The notes under the pieces were generated by a model. The model did not search any database. It was given only the letters and a program-made list of their open reading frames with translations, and had not been told where the DNA came from. Positions 31,444-42,388 of a DNA stretch of 56,938 bases are shown here, piece by piece; positions within the stretch are counted from its first letter, which is position 1; each line of letters starts with the position of its first letter. The DNA is taken from NCBI GenBank assembly GCA_947626555.1, contig CANQSP010000003.1:1-56938 (forward strand), in the 5' to 3' direction. A program made the translations under genes and the position numbers. The stretch comes from an uncultured Clostridia bacterium (GTDB lineage Bacteria > Bacillota > Clostridia > TANB77 > CAG-508).

Positions 31444-33174
31444 CTAGTTTAATTTAGCCATTTCTTCATGTCTTTTTATTTTTTGAGTAGTTGTCTTAAT
31501 TAAAGGTTCTGTAGTAATAGTAACATTTTTTATATATTTATAAGTTGGAATTTGCTCATTTACATTTTTAACTACATTTTTTAAAAGTTCATAAACTTCA
31601 TCTTCAGTTTTACCTTTTAATTCTTCATTTTCTGTTGAGTATACCAATTTTGCTGAAATTTTTCCATCATCTTCATTAGACAAGTAAACAAAACTTTCTT
31701 CAATAAGAGTAGAATTGTTTAATAAGCTTTCTATTTCTTGTGGGAAAATCTTTTTGCCATTTTTTAGAACAATCATATCTTTTATACGACCTGTTACAAA
31801 AAGATATCCATCTTTATCAATATATCCTAAATCTCCTGTGTGGAAATATCCATCTATTAAAACCTCTTTAGTTTTTTCTTCATTATTGTAATATCCAAGC
31901 ATAACATTTGGACCTTTTACGGTAATTTCGCCAACACCTTTTTCGTCAGGATTGAATATTTTTACATCTTGATTGAATAATACATGTCCACAACTTCCTG
32001 GTCTTCTATATTTATCATTTTCAGAAGAAATAACAGGAGATGTTTCGGTAAGCCCATATCCTTGTATCATTGTGATACCAATAGATTCAAAAAATTTTAT
32101 AATTTTAGCATCAATAGAAGCTGAGCCAAAGATTACAATTCTAAATCTTCCTCCTAAGTTATCCAAAACAGACTTAAAGAATTTCCTTCTAAGGTCAATA
32201 TGGAAAATGCGTAAAAAGTTAGAAATAGCCATTAACATTTTAAATGGAACTGTTAAGCCTTTAGATTTTATTGTTTTATTTATTTGTCTATACATAACTT
32301 CAAGAAGTGCAGGTACACACACTAGACCAGAGATTCCATATTCCTTCATATTTTTTGGAATATGTTTTAAACCATCGCAATAACAAATTGTATAACCAAC
32401 AAAGAAGCAGTATAAATATGTTGCTGTGCATTCTAATGTATGGTGTAATGGTAGAAAAGATAGTACTTTATCTCCATCTTCATATTTAATTAAAGTAGTC
32501 ATTGCACAGAAATTAGAGCATATATTTCTTTGAGAAAGCATTACTGCCTTAGACATTCCTGTTGTACCGGAAGTAAATAAAAGTATAGACATTTTGTCAC
32601 TATCTATTTTTACATTCTCAAAAGAAGTGTCACCATTTTCACGTAGTTTTTTGCCTTCTTCAATTAACTGATGAAGAGATAATATATCATCTTCATTTTG
32701 TTTTGTATCCATACAAATATAATATTTTAAATTTGTATTATTTTTGCTTCTTATGCTTTTAAATTTATCTGTAAATTTCCCATCAAAAATAACAGCCTCA
32801 GCTTCGCTTCTTATAAGAGAATCCTCAATTTCATTCTCTGGTAACATATAATCTAAAGGAACACAAACCATATTTCCGTTATTTATTGCTTGATAACTTG
32901 TTGGCCATTCATACTTATTATGTCCAATTAATGCTACTCTTTTTTCTTCTAATCCCATATTTAGAAGTTTAGTTGTTAAATTTCTTACGTCTTCATAATG
33001 TTCCTTAAAGGTTACATTTATATATTCTGGTTCTTTGGCTGTTGGGTCTTTTTTGTAACTAAATGCTACTCTATCTGGGAAGTTCTTTATTGTACTTTCC
33101 ATTAATTCTCTAAAATTGTCTACAAAGGAACCAGGGTAAAGCCTATTTGGCTTTGATTTAAATTCTTCACTCAT
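31444..33174 (-). CDS. Long-chain fatty acid-CoA ligase (AMP-binding), tandem paralogue
   Basis: FTSGTTG, QGYGLTETSP, TGDLG; start placed at ATG 33174 after AGGGGG RBS. Confidence 0.9.
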   Translation of the reverse strand: MSEEFKSKPNRLYPGSFVDNFRELMESTIKNFPDRVAFSYKKDPTAKEPEYINVTFKEHYEDVRNLTTKLLNMGLEEKRVALIGHNKYEWPTSYQAINNGNMVCVPLDYMLPENEIEDSLIRSEAEAVIFDGKFTDKFKSIRSKNNTNLKYYICMDTKQNEDDILSLHQLIEEGKKLRENGDTSFENVKIDSDKMSILLFTSGTTGMSKAVMLSQRNICSNFCAMTTLIKYEDGDKVLSFLPLHHTLECTATYLYCFFVGYTICYCDGLKHIPKNMKEYGISGLVCVPALLEVMYRQINKTIKSKGLTVPFKMLMAISNFLRIFHIDLRRKFFKSVLDNLGGRFRIVIFGSASIDAKIIKFFESIGITMIQGYGLTETSPVISSENDKYRRPGSCGHVLFNQDVKIFNPDEKGVGEITVKGPNVMLGYYNNEEKTKEVLIDGYFHTGDLGYIDKDGYLFVTGRIKDMIVLKNGKKIFPQEIESLLNNSTLIEESFVYLSNEDDGKISAKLVYSTENEELKGKTEDEVYELLKNVVKNVNEQIPTYKYIKNVTITTEPLIKTTTQKIKRHEEMAKLN

Positions 33175-33229
33175 GAATAATTCCCCCTTGCACATATTTT
33201 ATATAAAAAACGGAAATAAATCAATAGAA

Positions 33230-33258
33230 TTGACTATTTATACTAAAAATTGTATAAT
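33230..33258 (+). promoter_or_regulatory. sigma-A-like promoter of rimO
   Basis: TTGACT-17bp-TATAAT. Confidence 0.65.
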
Positions 33259-33273
33259 AAATATTGGTATATA

Positions 33274-33417
33274 GCAAAATATGAATATATTATTTATTTA
33301 GTAACATTTTGTGGGGACCAGCAAATTATAAATTGTAAAAAATTTTATTTATAAAATTTTTTAACAAGCTATTATGTAGCTGGGAGTTACTAAATAAATA
33401 ATATATTCATATTTTGC
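33274..33417. repeat. 144-bp hairpin element (MITE-like or structured RNA) in the rimO leader
   Basis: Perfect 32-bp IR 33274-33305/33386-33417; related to 20658-20783. Confidence 0.8.
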
Positions 33418-33458
33418 CAAAACTATTAGTTGTATCAGAAGTGAAAGGAATGAAATAA

Positions 33459-34904
33459 ATGAAAGTAGGTTTTATATCACTTGGTTGTAGCAAAAATTTA
33501 GTAGATACTGAAATGGCAATAGGTCTATTTAAAAATAATAATTATGAAATAGTAAATAATCCTAAAGAGGCAGAAATTATAGTAATAAACACATGTGGAT
33601 TTATAGAGTCTGCAAAGCAAGAAGCGATAGATACAATTTTAGAAATGGCAGAATATAAAAAACAAAAGTGTAAATACTTAATTGCAATGGGTTGTATGGT
33701 TCAAAGGTATAAAGATGATTTAGAAAAAGCTCTTCCAGAGGTAGACTTGTGGATTAAATATGACTCTTATGATACATTTTGGAGCCAGATAGAAAATTTT
33801 ATGCAAGGAAAGGCTAAAGAAGATAAAACAAAAAGAACAGTAAAAATGAATACAAAAATGCAAAGTGAAAAAAATGATATAACCGGTCAATTAATACAAG
33901 AAAAGGGTATAACAAATCAATTAGAACAAAATGAGAATATAGCATGTCAATTGGCACATACAGAAAGTAAGAAAATGCATTTCCTTGATAGGGTTATTTC
34001 AACTGGAGATAATTTTGCATATTTGAGAATAGCGGAAGGTTGTAGCAATAGGTGTACTTATTGTGCAATACCATATATAAGGGGACCATTTGTTAGTAGA
34101 ACAATAGAAGATATAATAGAAGAAGCTAATAAGTTAGTAGATGAAGGATACAGTGAGTTAATTTTAATAGCACAAGATACAACTAAATACGGAATTGACA
34201 TTTATGGAGAACCAAAATTAGCACAATTATTAGAGAAATTGTGCAAAATAGACAAAGTAAAGTGGATTAGATTTTTATACGCATATCCAGAGACAATTAC
34301 AGATGAACTTATTAAAGTTGTTAAAGAGAATGATAAAATATGTAAATATTTTGATATTCCAATTCAACATATTTCAGATTCAGTTTTAAAGAGAATGAAT
34401 AGAAAAAGTAATGGAGAGAGCATAAGGAAACTTATACAAAAATTAAGAAAAGAAATTCCTGAAGTAGTAATTAGAACTACTGTAATGGTAGGTTTCCCAG
34501 GTGAAACCAAAGAAGATTTTGAAGAATTATATGAATTTATAAAATGGGCTAAATTTGATAAATTAGGTGCATTTACATATTCTAAAGAGGATGGTACGCC
34601 GGCAGAAAAATTAAAAGAACAGGTTCATCACAATACAAAGAAGAGTAGATATAATAAAATAATGGAACTTCAACAAGAAATATCTAGGGAAAATTTAAAA
34701 AGATTTATAGGAAAAGAATTGGAAGTTTTAGTTGAGGCTATGACTTTTGATGGTAAATATTATGTGGCAAGAAGTTATATGGACGTTCCAGATATTGATG
34801 GTTTTGTATATATAAAAGTTAAAGATAAAAGTGAAAACTTAGTAGGTAAATATACTACTTGTAAAATTGTAGATGTAAAAGAATATGATTTAATTGGAGA
34901 ATGA
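33459..34904 (+). CDS. rimO: Ribosomal protein S12 methylthiotransferase
   Basis: SLGCSKNLVD.E, NTCGFIESAK.E, EGC...CTYC.IP radical-SAM motif, C-terminal TRAM domain with PDIDG. Confidence 0.92.
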   Translation: MKVGFISLGCSKNLVDTEMAIGLFKNNNYEIVNNPKEAEIIVINTCGFIESAKQEAIDTILEMAEYKKQKCKYLIAMGCMVQRYKDDLEKALPEVDLWIKYDSYDTFWSQIENFMQGKAKEDKTKRTVKMNTKMQSEKNDITGQLIQEKGITNQLEQNENIACQLAHTESKKMHFLDRVISTGDNFAYLRIAEGCSNRCTYCAIPYIRGPFVSRTIEDIIEEANKLVDEGYSELILIAQDTTKYGIDIYGEPKLAQLLEKLCKIDKVKWIRFLYAYPETITDELIKVVKENDKICKYFDIPIQHISDSVLKRMNRKSNGESIRKLIQKLRKEIPEVVIRTTVMVGFPGETKEDFEELYEFIKWAKFDKLGAFTYSKEDGTPAEKLKEQVHHNTKKSRYNKIMELQQEISRENLKRFIGKELEVLVEAMTFDGKYYVARSYMDVPDIDGFVYIKVKDKSENLVGKYTTCKIVDVKEYDLIGE

Positions 34905-35018
34905 TTTTGCTTATTTTCTATTTCGTCCTAAGACATGTCACTAAAAATACTTTTTTAAATATAATGTAGTAAGATGTAAAAATACATCTAAAAATAGAAC
35001 TTGAGAGGAATGAAATAA

Positions 35019-35240
35019 ATGACATTAGATGAAGTGGAATTAAATAGGGAAGTTAAAGTTAAATGTGTAAATTGTGATGAAAATATAAAAAGAAGAATTT
35101 TGGATTTAGGAATAATAGAGGGAACAAAAATAAAACCAGTTTTAAAAAGTCCACTTGGAGATCCAACTGCTTATGAGGTTAGAGGAACTTTAATTTCACT
35201 ACGAAAAGAAGATAGCAAAAAAATATTAACTAATGAGTAA
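35019..35240 (+). CDS. feoA: Ferrous iron transport protein A
   Basis: RRILDLG..GT.I.....SPLGDP.AY.VRG..I.LR motif. Confidence 0.9.
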   Translation: MTLDEVELNREVKVKCVNCDENIKRRILDLGIIEGTKIKPVLKSPLGDPTAYEVRGTLISLRKEDSKKILTNE

Positions 35241-35277
35241 TATGAGAATATAATATATTAATTTGGAGAGTGATATT

Positions 35278-36589
35278 ATGGGACTTACGCTTGGCTCTAC
35301 TGGTCAGAAATTGTTAAATAATGATGTGGAGTCTTTAAAAAATAGTTGTGATTATACAATAGCAATTAGCCGGAAACCCGAATGTAGGAAAGTCTACGAT
35401 TTTTAACGGACTTACTCGGAATGAATCAGCATACAGGAAATTGGCCGGGAAAAACAGTAGAAAATAGTAGTGGGATTTGTAAATATAAAGATAAAAATTA
35501 CTTGTTAGTGGATATTCCGGGAACATATTCTATTATGTCTAATTCAGAAGAAGAGGAAATTGCAAGGGATTATATTTGTTTTGGAAACCCTGATGCTACT
35601 GTTGTAATATTAGATGCAACATGTTTAGAAAGAAATTTAAATTTAGTGTATCAAATAATGGAAATTACACCTAATATTGTAGTATGTGTTAATTTATTAG
35701 ATGAAGCAAAAAAGAAAGGAATACATATAAATTTAGAAGTATTAGAAAAAGAATTGGGTGTACCAGTAGTAGGAACTATTGCAAGAAAGAAAAAAACACT
35801 AAACAGGTTAATGCAAAAAGTAGAAGATGTTTTAGAAGGAAAAATTAATTCTAATTTAAAAAGGGTTAAATATATACCAATTATAGAGGATTGCATTCAA
35901 ATGTTAACTTGCGAAGTTGAAAAAATTTTACCCCAAAATAAACAATATTTGTTAAGATGGATTTGTTTAAAATTAATAGATGGGGAAGAGAGAATATTAG
36001 AATCTATACAGAAGAATTTAAATATAAGTTTCAATAATGAAAAGTTAAATGCAAAATTAGAAGAAGTTTGTGAACTTTTAGAAAAAAATGGTATAAAAAA
36101 AGAAGATATAAAAGATAAAATGGTTGCAAGTATAGTTATAAGAGCTGAAGGAGTTTGCATAGATGCAGTTGATTTTAGCCAAAGCAAAAAGCAAAATAGA
36201 GATAGGAAAATAGATAAAATATTAACTTCAAAAATTTGGGGAATTCCTATCATGATTGCTTTTTTAGGAATAATACTGTGGATTACAATAGTTGGAGCAA
36301 ATTATCCATCTACGTTACTTTCAGATTTATTTGGATGGGCTAAGGGCTTTTTAATAGAAGGTCTGAATGCCATTTACGCCCCAACATGGTTAACTAGCAT
36401 ACTGATAGATGGGGTATATAGCACGGTTACGTGGATTATATCTGTAATGTTACCACCAATGGCAATATTCTTTCCAATGTTTACTTTGCTAGAAGATTTA
36501 GGAGTGTTACCTAGAATTGCATTTAATTTGGATAAATGTTTTAGAAAAGCTTGTAGCTCACGGGAAACAAGCACTTACCATGTGCATGG
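35278..36589 (+). CDS. feoB: FeoB 5' part; needs +1 shifts at CGG 35371, 35417 and 36561; interrupted at 36589 by the recombinase element
   Basis: After C-skips it reads [71 protein letters not shown]. Confidence 0.88.
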
Positions 36590-36607
36590 AAGTGACAATG
36601 TGGTTAA

Positions 36608-38132
36608 TTATACATTTAAAACTATTTCCATATTGTCTTTAATAATAATTTTATTTAAAAGCTTATCTATGTAGTCATCTAAATTATCACTATTTAGTTC
36701 GAGTAGTATATAGCTTTCTAATTTTTCTTTGTTATTAAAATTTTGTACCTCTAATTGATTTAATTTCGACTTTAAATCATCAATTTGGTTATTAATAATA
36801 AATTCCTTTTGTTTTAAATCTTCTTTGCTTAAAAGTCCATCTAATGCAAAATCTAACAATCGGTCTTTTTTTAATAATATTTTATTTAATTCATTTTGTA
36901 ATTTTAGCTTGTCAGTTTTATGCAATTCAACATTTGAAACTTCATTATAGAGTTTGAGTAAATTTTCTACAATTAATTTTTCATAGATTTTATAAAAATT
37001 AAATTTTTCTGCTAAAATGCTATAGATATCTTTTTCATAAACAATGGGGCAAGAGCAAGTCTTTTTTCCAGTATCATGGTAGTTTTTGCAAACCCAACAG
37101 ACTTCATCTTTTTTATTTTTATAGTGTTTAATTTTTCTTACAAACGAACAATTATGTTGTAAACAATAAATTTTTCCAGATAGGGGATAGCTACTGGAAT
37201 ATTTACAATTACTTGTTGAATTTTTACTTCTTTTTAATAATTTTTCATTTGCTTTTTGCCACAGGGTTTCGCTTACTATAGGAGGCACTTTTCCATAGTC
37301 TTTGTATATTTTCCACTCATTTTGAGGGTAAAAGTTTCGTCTTTTACTTCTATAGTCTATAACGGTAGATAAATTGCCAGTATAAAAGCCTTTATATTTA
37401 GGGTTTTGTATAATTCTTTTTAAAGTATTTTGATGAAAAGGTTTATTTTTGTGATTTAAATAGCCATTTTGCTCCAAATATAAAGCAAGTTTCTTTAATC
37501 CTATTTTAGTGTTTGCATAGGTTTCAAAAATAATTTTTACAATTTTGGCTTCTTCATCATCTATAATAAGTTTTCCATTTTGTTTTTGGTAGCCCCATAT
37601 ATTGTTTGTGCCTAATACTGTGCCTTTTTCTATTGCTCGTTTGAACCCAAATTTAGTTCTTTCAGATAATTTTCTAATTTCATCTTGTGCCATGCTAGAC
37701 ATTATTGTAAGCCTTAGTTCGCCGTCATTTGAAGCGGTGATGATATTGTCAGATAAAAAATACACACACACATCATATTCTAATAATTTCCTAGTATAAA
37801 GTAAGCTATCAATAGTATCACGAGAAAATCTGGAAACCTCTTTTGCTAAAATTAAGTCGAATTTCTGCACTTTTGCGTCTTCTAGCATTTTCATAAAATT
37901 AGTACGTTTTAATGAACTTGTACCGACTTATTCCTTCATCTACGTAACCAGAAACTTTGGTCCAATTACTATTATTTTTAATATAATTTTCAAAAAAAGA
38001 AACCTGATTTTCCAAAGAATTTATTTGTTCTTCTTTTTCAGTAGATACCCTAGCATAATAGGTTACTTTTAAAGGTAAATCAAAAATAGTTTTGCCAATA
38101 CTAAATTTATTTTTTAATTCAAAAATTGTCAA
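36608..38132 (-). CDS. Large serine recombinase (about 507 aa); needs +1 shift at CGG 37925
   Basis: YYARVST catalytic motif; DEGIS-GTS..KR..F after the C-skip; KEVSRFSRD, AQDE..KLSER, LSGKIYC zinc ribbon, coiled coil; TTG start after AGAGG. Confidence 0.9.
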
Positions 38133-38272
38133 TTTTTTTCCTCTTTATTAATAGATTTTAAAAGGGCAAGTTTTTTTTCAACTGCCCAATATGTATTTTC
38201 ATCAATTATTTTTTTAAAGTATAATCGCTTGTTTATAATAGATTCAATTTCATAAATTATAGTTTTTTCCAT
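38129..38272 (-). CDS. Small SHOCT-like protein (47 aa) overlapping the recombinase start
   Basis: MEKTIIYEIESIINKRLY.KKIIDE.TY; stop overlaps the recombinase TTG; arrangement typical of clostridial recombinase modules. Confidence 0.55.
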   Translation of the reverse strand: MEKTIIYEIESIINKRLYFKKIIDENTYWAVEKKLALLKSINKEEKN

Positions 38273-38439
38273 AGTAATAAATATTAAATAAGTAGAGGGA
38301 ATATTACAAAAATAGAAACTCATATAGAATTCTTTCCCATAGCATTGAAGTTGATATTTTCGTCATAAATCCCCCTAAAAAAATTATCATGAATGTATTA
38401 TAATCCAATAAAATTATATGCCAAAATTTGGAAAATATT

Positions 38440-40195
38440 TTAACGGAAGCCTCCGTCCGCCTCCTCCGCCACCGAAGGAACCGCCTCCACCTCCGCCAGA
38501 TGAAAATCCTCCACCTCCGGAAGAGTAACTATTTGCACGTGCGACGGCTGCATCATGGGCACTTTTTGCAGATCTTGCGTCATGAACCCAAGAGTTTGCA
38601 TACATACTAATAAATATTAGGTTATTATATGAACTAATATTAGATTGCTCAATTACTTGAGGATATATGTCTTCAAATTGTTTAGCAACTTTTTTAGCAA
38701 TACCTAACATTTGAGCAAATATTAGATACCATTCAAGTAAGTGAACTTCAATAGCTTCTCTTTCTTTTATAAGAGTATAGTCATTTAAATATTTCTTTAA
38801 ACCGGCTAATTGGATAGCTTTTTCTTTTAGTTCAGGAGAGGCAGTATATATATAACTTTTTCCGCCTAAAGCCCTTTTCTTTTCAACTGTAGTAATTAAA
38901 TTTTCTGCAATAAATTTAGTTCTACCTGCCTTTCTCATAGTTTCAAACCAACCTAAAATACTGCTAAAATGTTCTTTAGACCATTTCTTAAATTCTTTAT
39001 CTTCCAAAATACCATCTTTACTTGCTTCATATAACATATCGTATAAGTGTTTTTCTTGTGGATTAGTTATATTTTTCATAATTTCATAATTCAAAGTAAC
39101 TTTTATACTTTGCCTATTTAATAGACCTTCGCGAGTATTTTCTATACTAATTAGTGAATCTTTAAGCCACTTTAAAATAATTGCACCTAAAATATCGGTA
39201 TCATTTTTTAGTAACTTATATTGGTATGCAACAAAATATGCTTTTTCTAAATCGCCATCTAATGGGATATCTCTATAATAAGGAATATCATTACCAATTC
39301 TTTTTCCTTCTTTACCATAGTTAAATTGTTCTTTATTATGTCCGGATGATATAATTATACTAAGTAATATAGGAAAAGATATAATAAACATCATATACAA
39401 TGTTAATGGTATTATAAGTAGTGAGCTAGTAGACCTAGAAGTAGATGGTCTTTGGTATTTTGTAGCACTTTCTTGCGCCATATTATAGTAGTGCTCAAAA
39501 TTATAATTCAATTTATTACTTAAATTAAATGTACCAAGAGGGAATTTTACTAATATAGTCATATATTCGTTAGAAGATAAAGTTCCTGGTGATTGCATTT
39601 CTATATATCCATCGTAAACATAAGCTGTTCCACCATAATTTCCGTAACCCCATACATCAGTTGTGTCTGCAATGTCAAAATTTGAATGTATTTTTATATA
39701 AACGTTACCAATAGGGTTTGAAAATTCATAAGGAATTAATGTCCAATATATCATTTGAGAATCAGTTAGCTCAGAAACAAAATTTGTAATTTTGTATGTG
39801 ACAGTATAGTTATGTGAGCCATAATTATTCATTCCCCAACACAATTCTACGCCATTTGAAATTTCATTAATACCAAATTTATTAGCTTTATCTTTTAAGG
39901 TACCAGAAGTTTCCCAAGTACCTATGTTTTCATATTTTGCAGATCCATCTGTAACAGATAACATAGTAATCTTTGAATTCCCTAAATTGTAGTATGGATG
40001 ATAGACTTCTGTACCACTGCTTGTAGAACAATTCCATACTTCTGTGACGGTTGCAGTTCCACTATTGTCAATAGCTATGTCCATTGATATTTTATTAATA
40101 TTATTTGCTGCTTTTGCATTGTTTGCTATAGTGAAAATGCAAAAAACAAATAAAAATGATAATAAAAACTTTATACATTTTTTCATTTGCTTCAC
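38440..40195 (-). CDS. DUF2207-like membrane protein; +1 shift at CGG 38455 gives a ...GGGGGGGGFR* C-terminus
   Basis: Signal peptide, TM helix, YYRDIP, GLKKYL.DY, YLIFAQMLGIA, terminal SSGGGGFSSGGGGGGSFGG tail. Confidence 0.8.
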
Positions 40196-40261
40196 CTCTT
40201 ATTTGCAATTATTACATAAATATTATTATAAATCAATATTATATTTATTATAAAACTTTAA

Positions 40262-40826
40262 TTAATAATCATACCCTTTTTCAACAAGGGCTTCATCAAT
40301 TTCATTAACTCGTGTAAGAAAGGACATAAGTAACATAGACAATATAATTTTTACATTTTTTATATTCATATTAATATTTTTAGCTTTGCAAGCATCTTTC
40401 ACATCTAAATATTCTCTTTTTAAAATTGGAATCATAGATAAGCAAATACATACTAAAACTTCAATTTCTTCAGTGTTAATTTTAAAAAGTTTTAGGGGAG
40501 AGCATAATAGTTTAATAGTTTTAGCTAAACCGTGCAGTAGTTGTTGTACTTGCATAAATAAAAGTAATGTTGCAAACTAGCAATAATTTAATACCTATCC
40601 ACATGGCGTTTATGTAATTATCTAATATACAATTAATAATTGCAGTAAATAGTATAAAAGGTAAAAAATTTAACAAGTTTTTAAGAATTTTTTTAACTTT
40701 AGATTTCACAATTATCATACATAATAAATTAATAGCAAAAGGAACTAAAATAATAGTATTGTTGGGCAAAAAAAAGATGATAGTTGAATAAAAGATAAAT
40801 ATTATAAATTTTATTAAATTTTTCAT
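40262..40826 (-). CDS. ecfT: ECF transporter transmembrane T component (about 187 aa); needs +1 shift at CGG 40532
   Basis: Two overlapping ORFs join as YASTTTTA-GLAKTIKLLCSPLK...SMIP.L..E....A..AK...ALVEKGY; lies downstream of ecfA and folT. Confidence 0.75.
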
Positions 40827-40876
40827 AACAAATTCAATTCCTCCTTAACTTTGCTTGCAAGGCATATGTGCTAAAA

Positions 40877-41695
40877 TCATTTTTGATTTATTAAGTTAGA
40901 AATTATAGAAACTAAATTAGTAACCTTGTATTCATCTATGTTAAAATAAATGCCTTTTTGTTTTAGCTCTCCTAAAATTTCTAATATAGTAGGCACTTTT
41001 ATTTCATATTTTTTTAGAATATCAATTTTTTCTATTAATTCATCTTTTTTTAATTCTGCTACTATTTTTCCACTATCCAAAATTAAAATTCTATCTGCAA
41101 GCAAAATTTCATCAGCTAAATTGGTAATACAAATAACTGTGTAACCTTGACTTTTTAAGTGCTTTATAATTTCATATATTTTTTCTTTTCCTAAACTATC
41201 AATCATTGTAGTAGGTTCATCTAAAATAATATATTTAGGATTTTTAGTTAGAATTTCAGCAATCATAATTCTTTGCTTTTGACCAAGAGATAAATTATAT
41301 AAATTTTCATTCTTAAAATCTGACATTTCCACTTGTTTTAAAGATTGTTCAATTCTAATATTTATTTCTTCTTCATTTAAATTTTTAAGTGCAAATGAAA
41401 GTTCATCTTTTATATTGTTGAAAATTATTTGATTTTCAGGGTTCTGAAATACAATTCCAATTTTATTACGGATTTCATCAGAATTTTCTTTTTTAGAAAT
41501 GTCAAAATCATCTATAAAAATTTTTCCTTTTTTAACTTGTTTAATTCCAGACATTAATTTACCAATAGTGGATTTTCCAGAGCCATTTTTGCCAACTATG
41601 GCAAGGATTTCTCCTTCATATACATTAAAACTTAAATTATCTAATATTAAATTGCTATCTCTGTACTTAAAAGATACATTTTCTACTTTAATCAT
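40877..41695 (-). CDS. ecfA: ECF transporter ATPase (A component)
   Basis: GKNGSGKST, VFQNPENQI, LSLGQKQR, LDEPT. Confidence 0.85.
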   Translation of the reverse strand: MIKVENVSFKYRDSNLILDNLSFNVYEGEILAIVGKNGSGKSTIGKLMSGIKQVKKGKIFIDDFDISKKENSDEIRNKIGIVFQNPENQIIFNNIKDELSFALKNLNEEEINIRIEQSLKQVEMSDFKNENLYNLSLGQKQRIMIAEILTKNPKYIILDEPTTMIDSLGKEKIYEIIKHLKSQGYTVICITNLADEILLADRILILDSGKIVAELKKDELIEKIDILKKYEIKVPTILEILGELKQKGIYFNIDEYKVTNLVSIISNLINQK

Positions 41696-42224
41696 TTTGA
41701 CTCCTTATATATTTATCAAATGGATTTCTTAAAATTCTTTCCAAAAATGCTATAACAACAACGTGGATAGGTATCATAATTAATTGTTTTACAAACCTTG
41801 TTCCTAACAATACTATAAAAGCACTACCTGTAGTAATACTTGTCCATAGTGTATTTAATCCCATATTTACAATAACTGCTACTAAAGTAGATGAAATAAT
41901 TAGTCTTATTATAAATTGTAAATTTGAATAAGAATTTGACTCTTTTTTATAAAGAAGAATACCATAAATAAAACCTGATATGGCAGTACTAATTGTGTAA
42001 CCTATGAAAAAAGAACCAGTAGGGAATAGGGTGGCACCTATAATATCACCTAAGACATTTAATAGTACAGTCCACTTTGGACCAAGCCACACTGCACATA
42101 ACATTGTTGGAACAAATGCAAAACTTATTTTGAGAACAGGTGTTGAAATTGAAAGAAATCTTGATAATATTATAAGCATTGCTAAAAGTAAAGCTGATAG
42201 TATAATTTTCTTATTTGTACGCAT
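41688..42224 (-). CDS. folT: Folate ECF transporter S component
   Basis: ATG 42224 after GGAGGT; LSRFLSI....KISFAFVP...LGP...GDIIGA.LFP.G.FF.G.T.S; THF riboswitch upstream. Confidence 0.85.
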   Translation of the reverse strand: MRTNKKIILSALLLAMLIILSRFLSISTPVLKISFAFVPTMLCAVWLGPKWTVLLNVLGDIIGATLFPTGSFFIGYTISTAISGFIYGILLYKKESNSYSNLQFIIRLIISSTLVAVIVNMGLNTLWTSITTGSAFIVLLGTRFVKQLIMIPIHVVVIAFLERILRNPFDKYIRSQND

Positions 42225-42291
42225 AAAAAAACCTCCTCTCACTATCATTCCACGTAAAAGAGAAGGAAAATATAATTTCCCTATAATCTTA

Positions 42292-42388
42292 TTAGCGGAA
42301 TGCAAAAATAAATACGCAAGTATAAATACTTTTGTCTTGATAACAACTTCCCGTTTACCAAGTCTTAACGACTTATTTTTTACTCTAA
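42292..42388 (-). ncRNA. THF (tetrahydrofolate) riboswitch
   Basis: Minus strand AGAGTA...CGTTAAG...GGGAAGT...GCATTCCGCT matches the THF aptamer consensus; upstream of folT; extended -10 TGaTAAAAT at 42398-42406. Confidence 0.85.

Noticed and set aside
35371-35419. Simple sense reassignment of CGG (e.g. to Gln or Trp)
   Set aside because: Triplet reading of CGG leads to a nearby stop or a non-homologous tail; homology continues only in the +1 frame.
42225-42305. N-terminal extension of folT in the ORF track
   Set aside because: It overlaps the riboswitch leader; the strong RBS points to ATG 42224.
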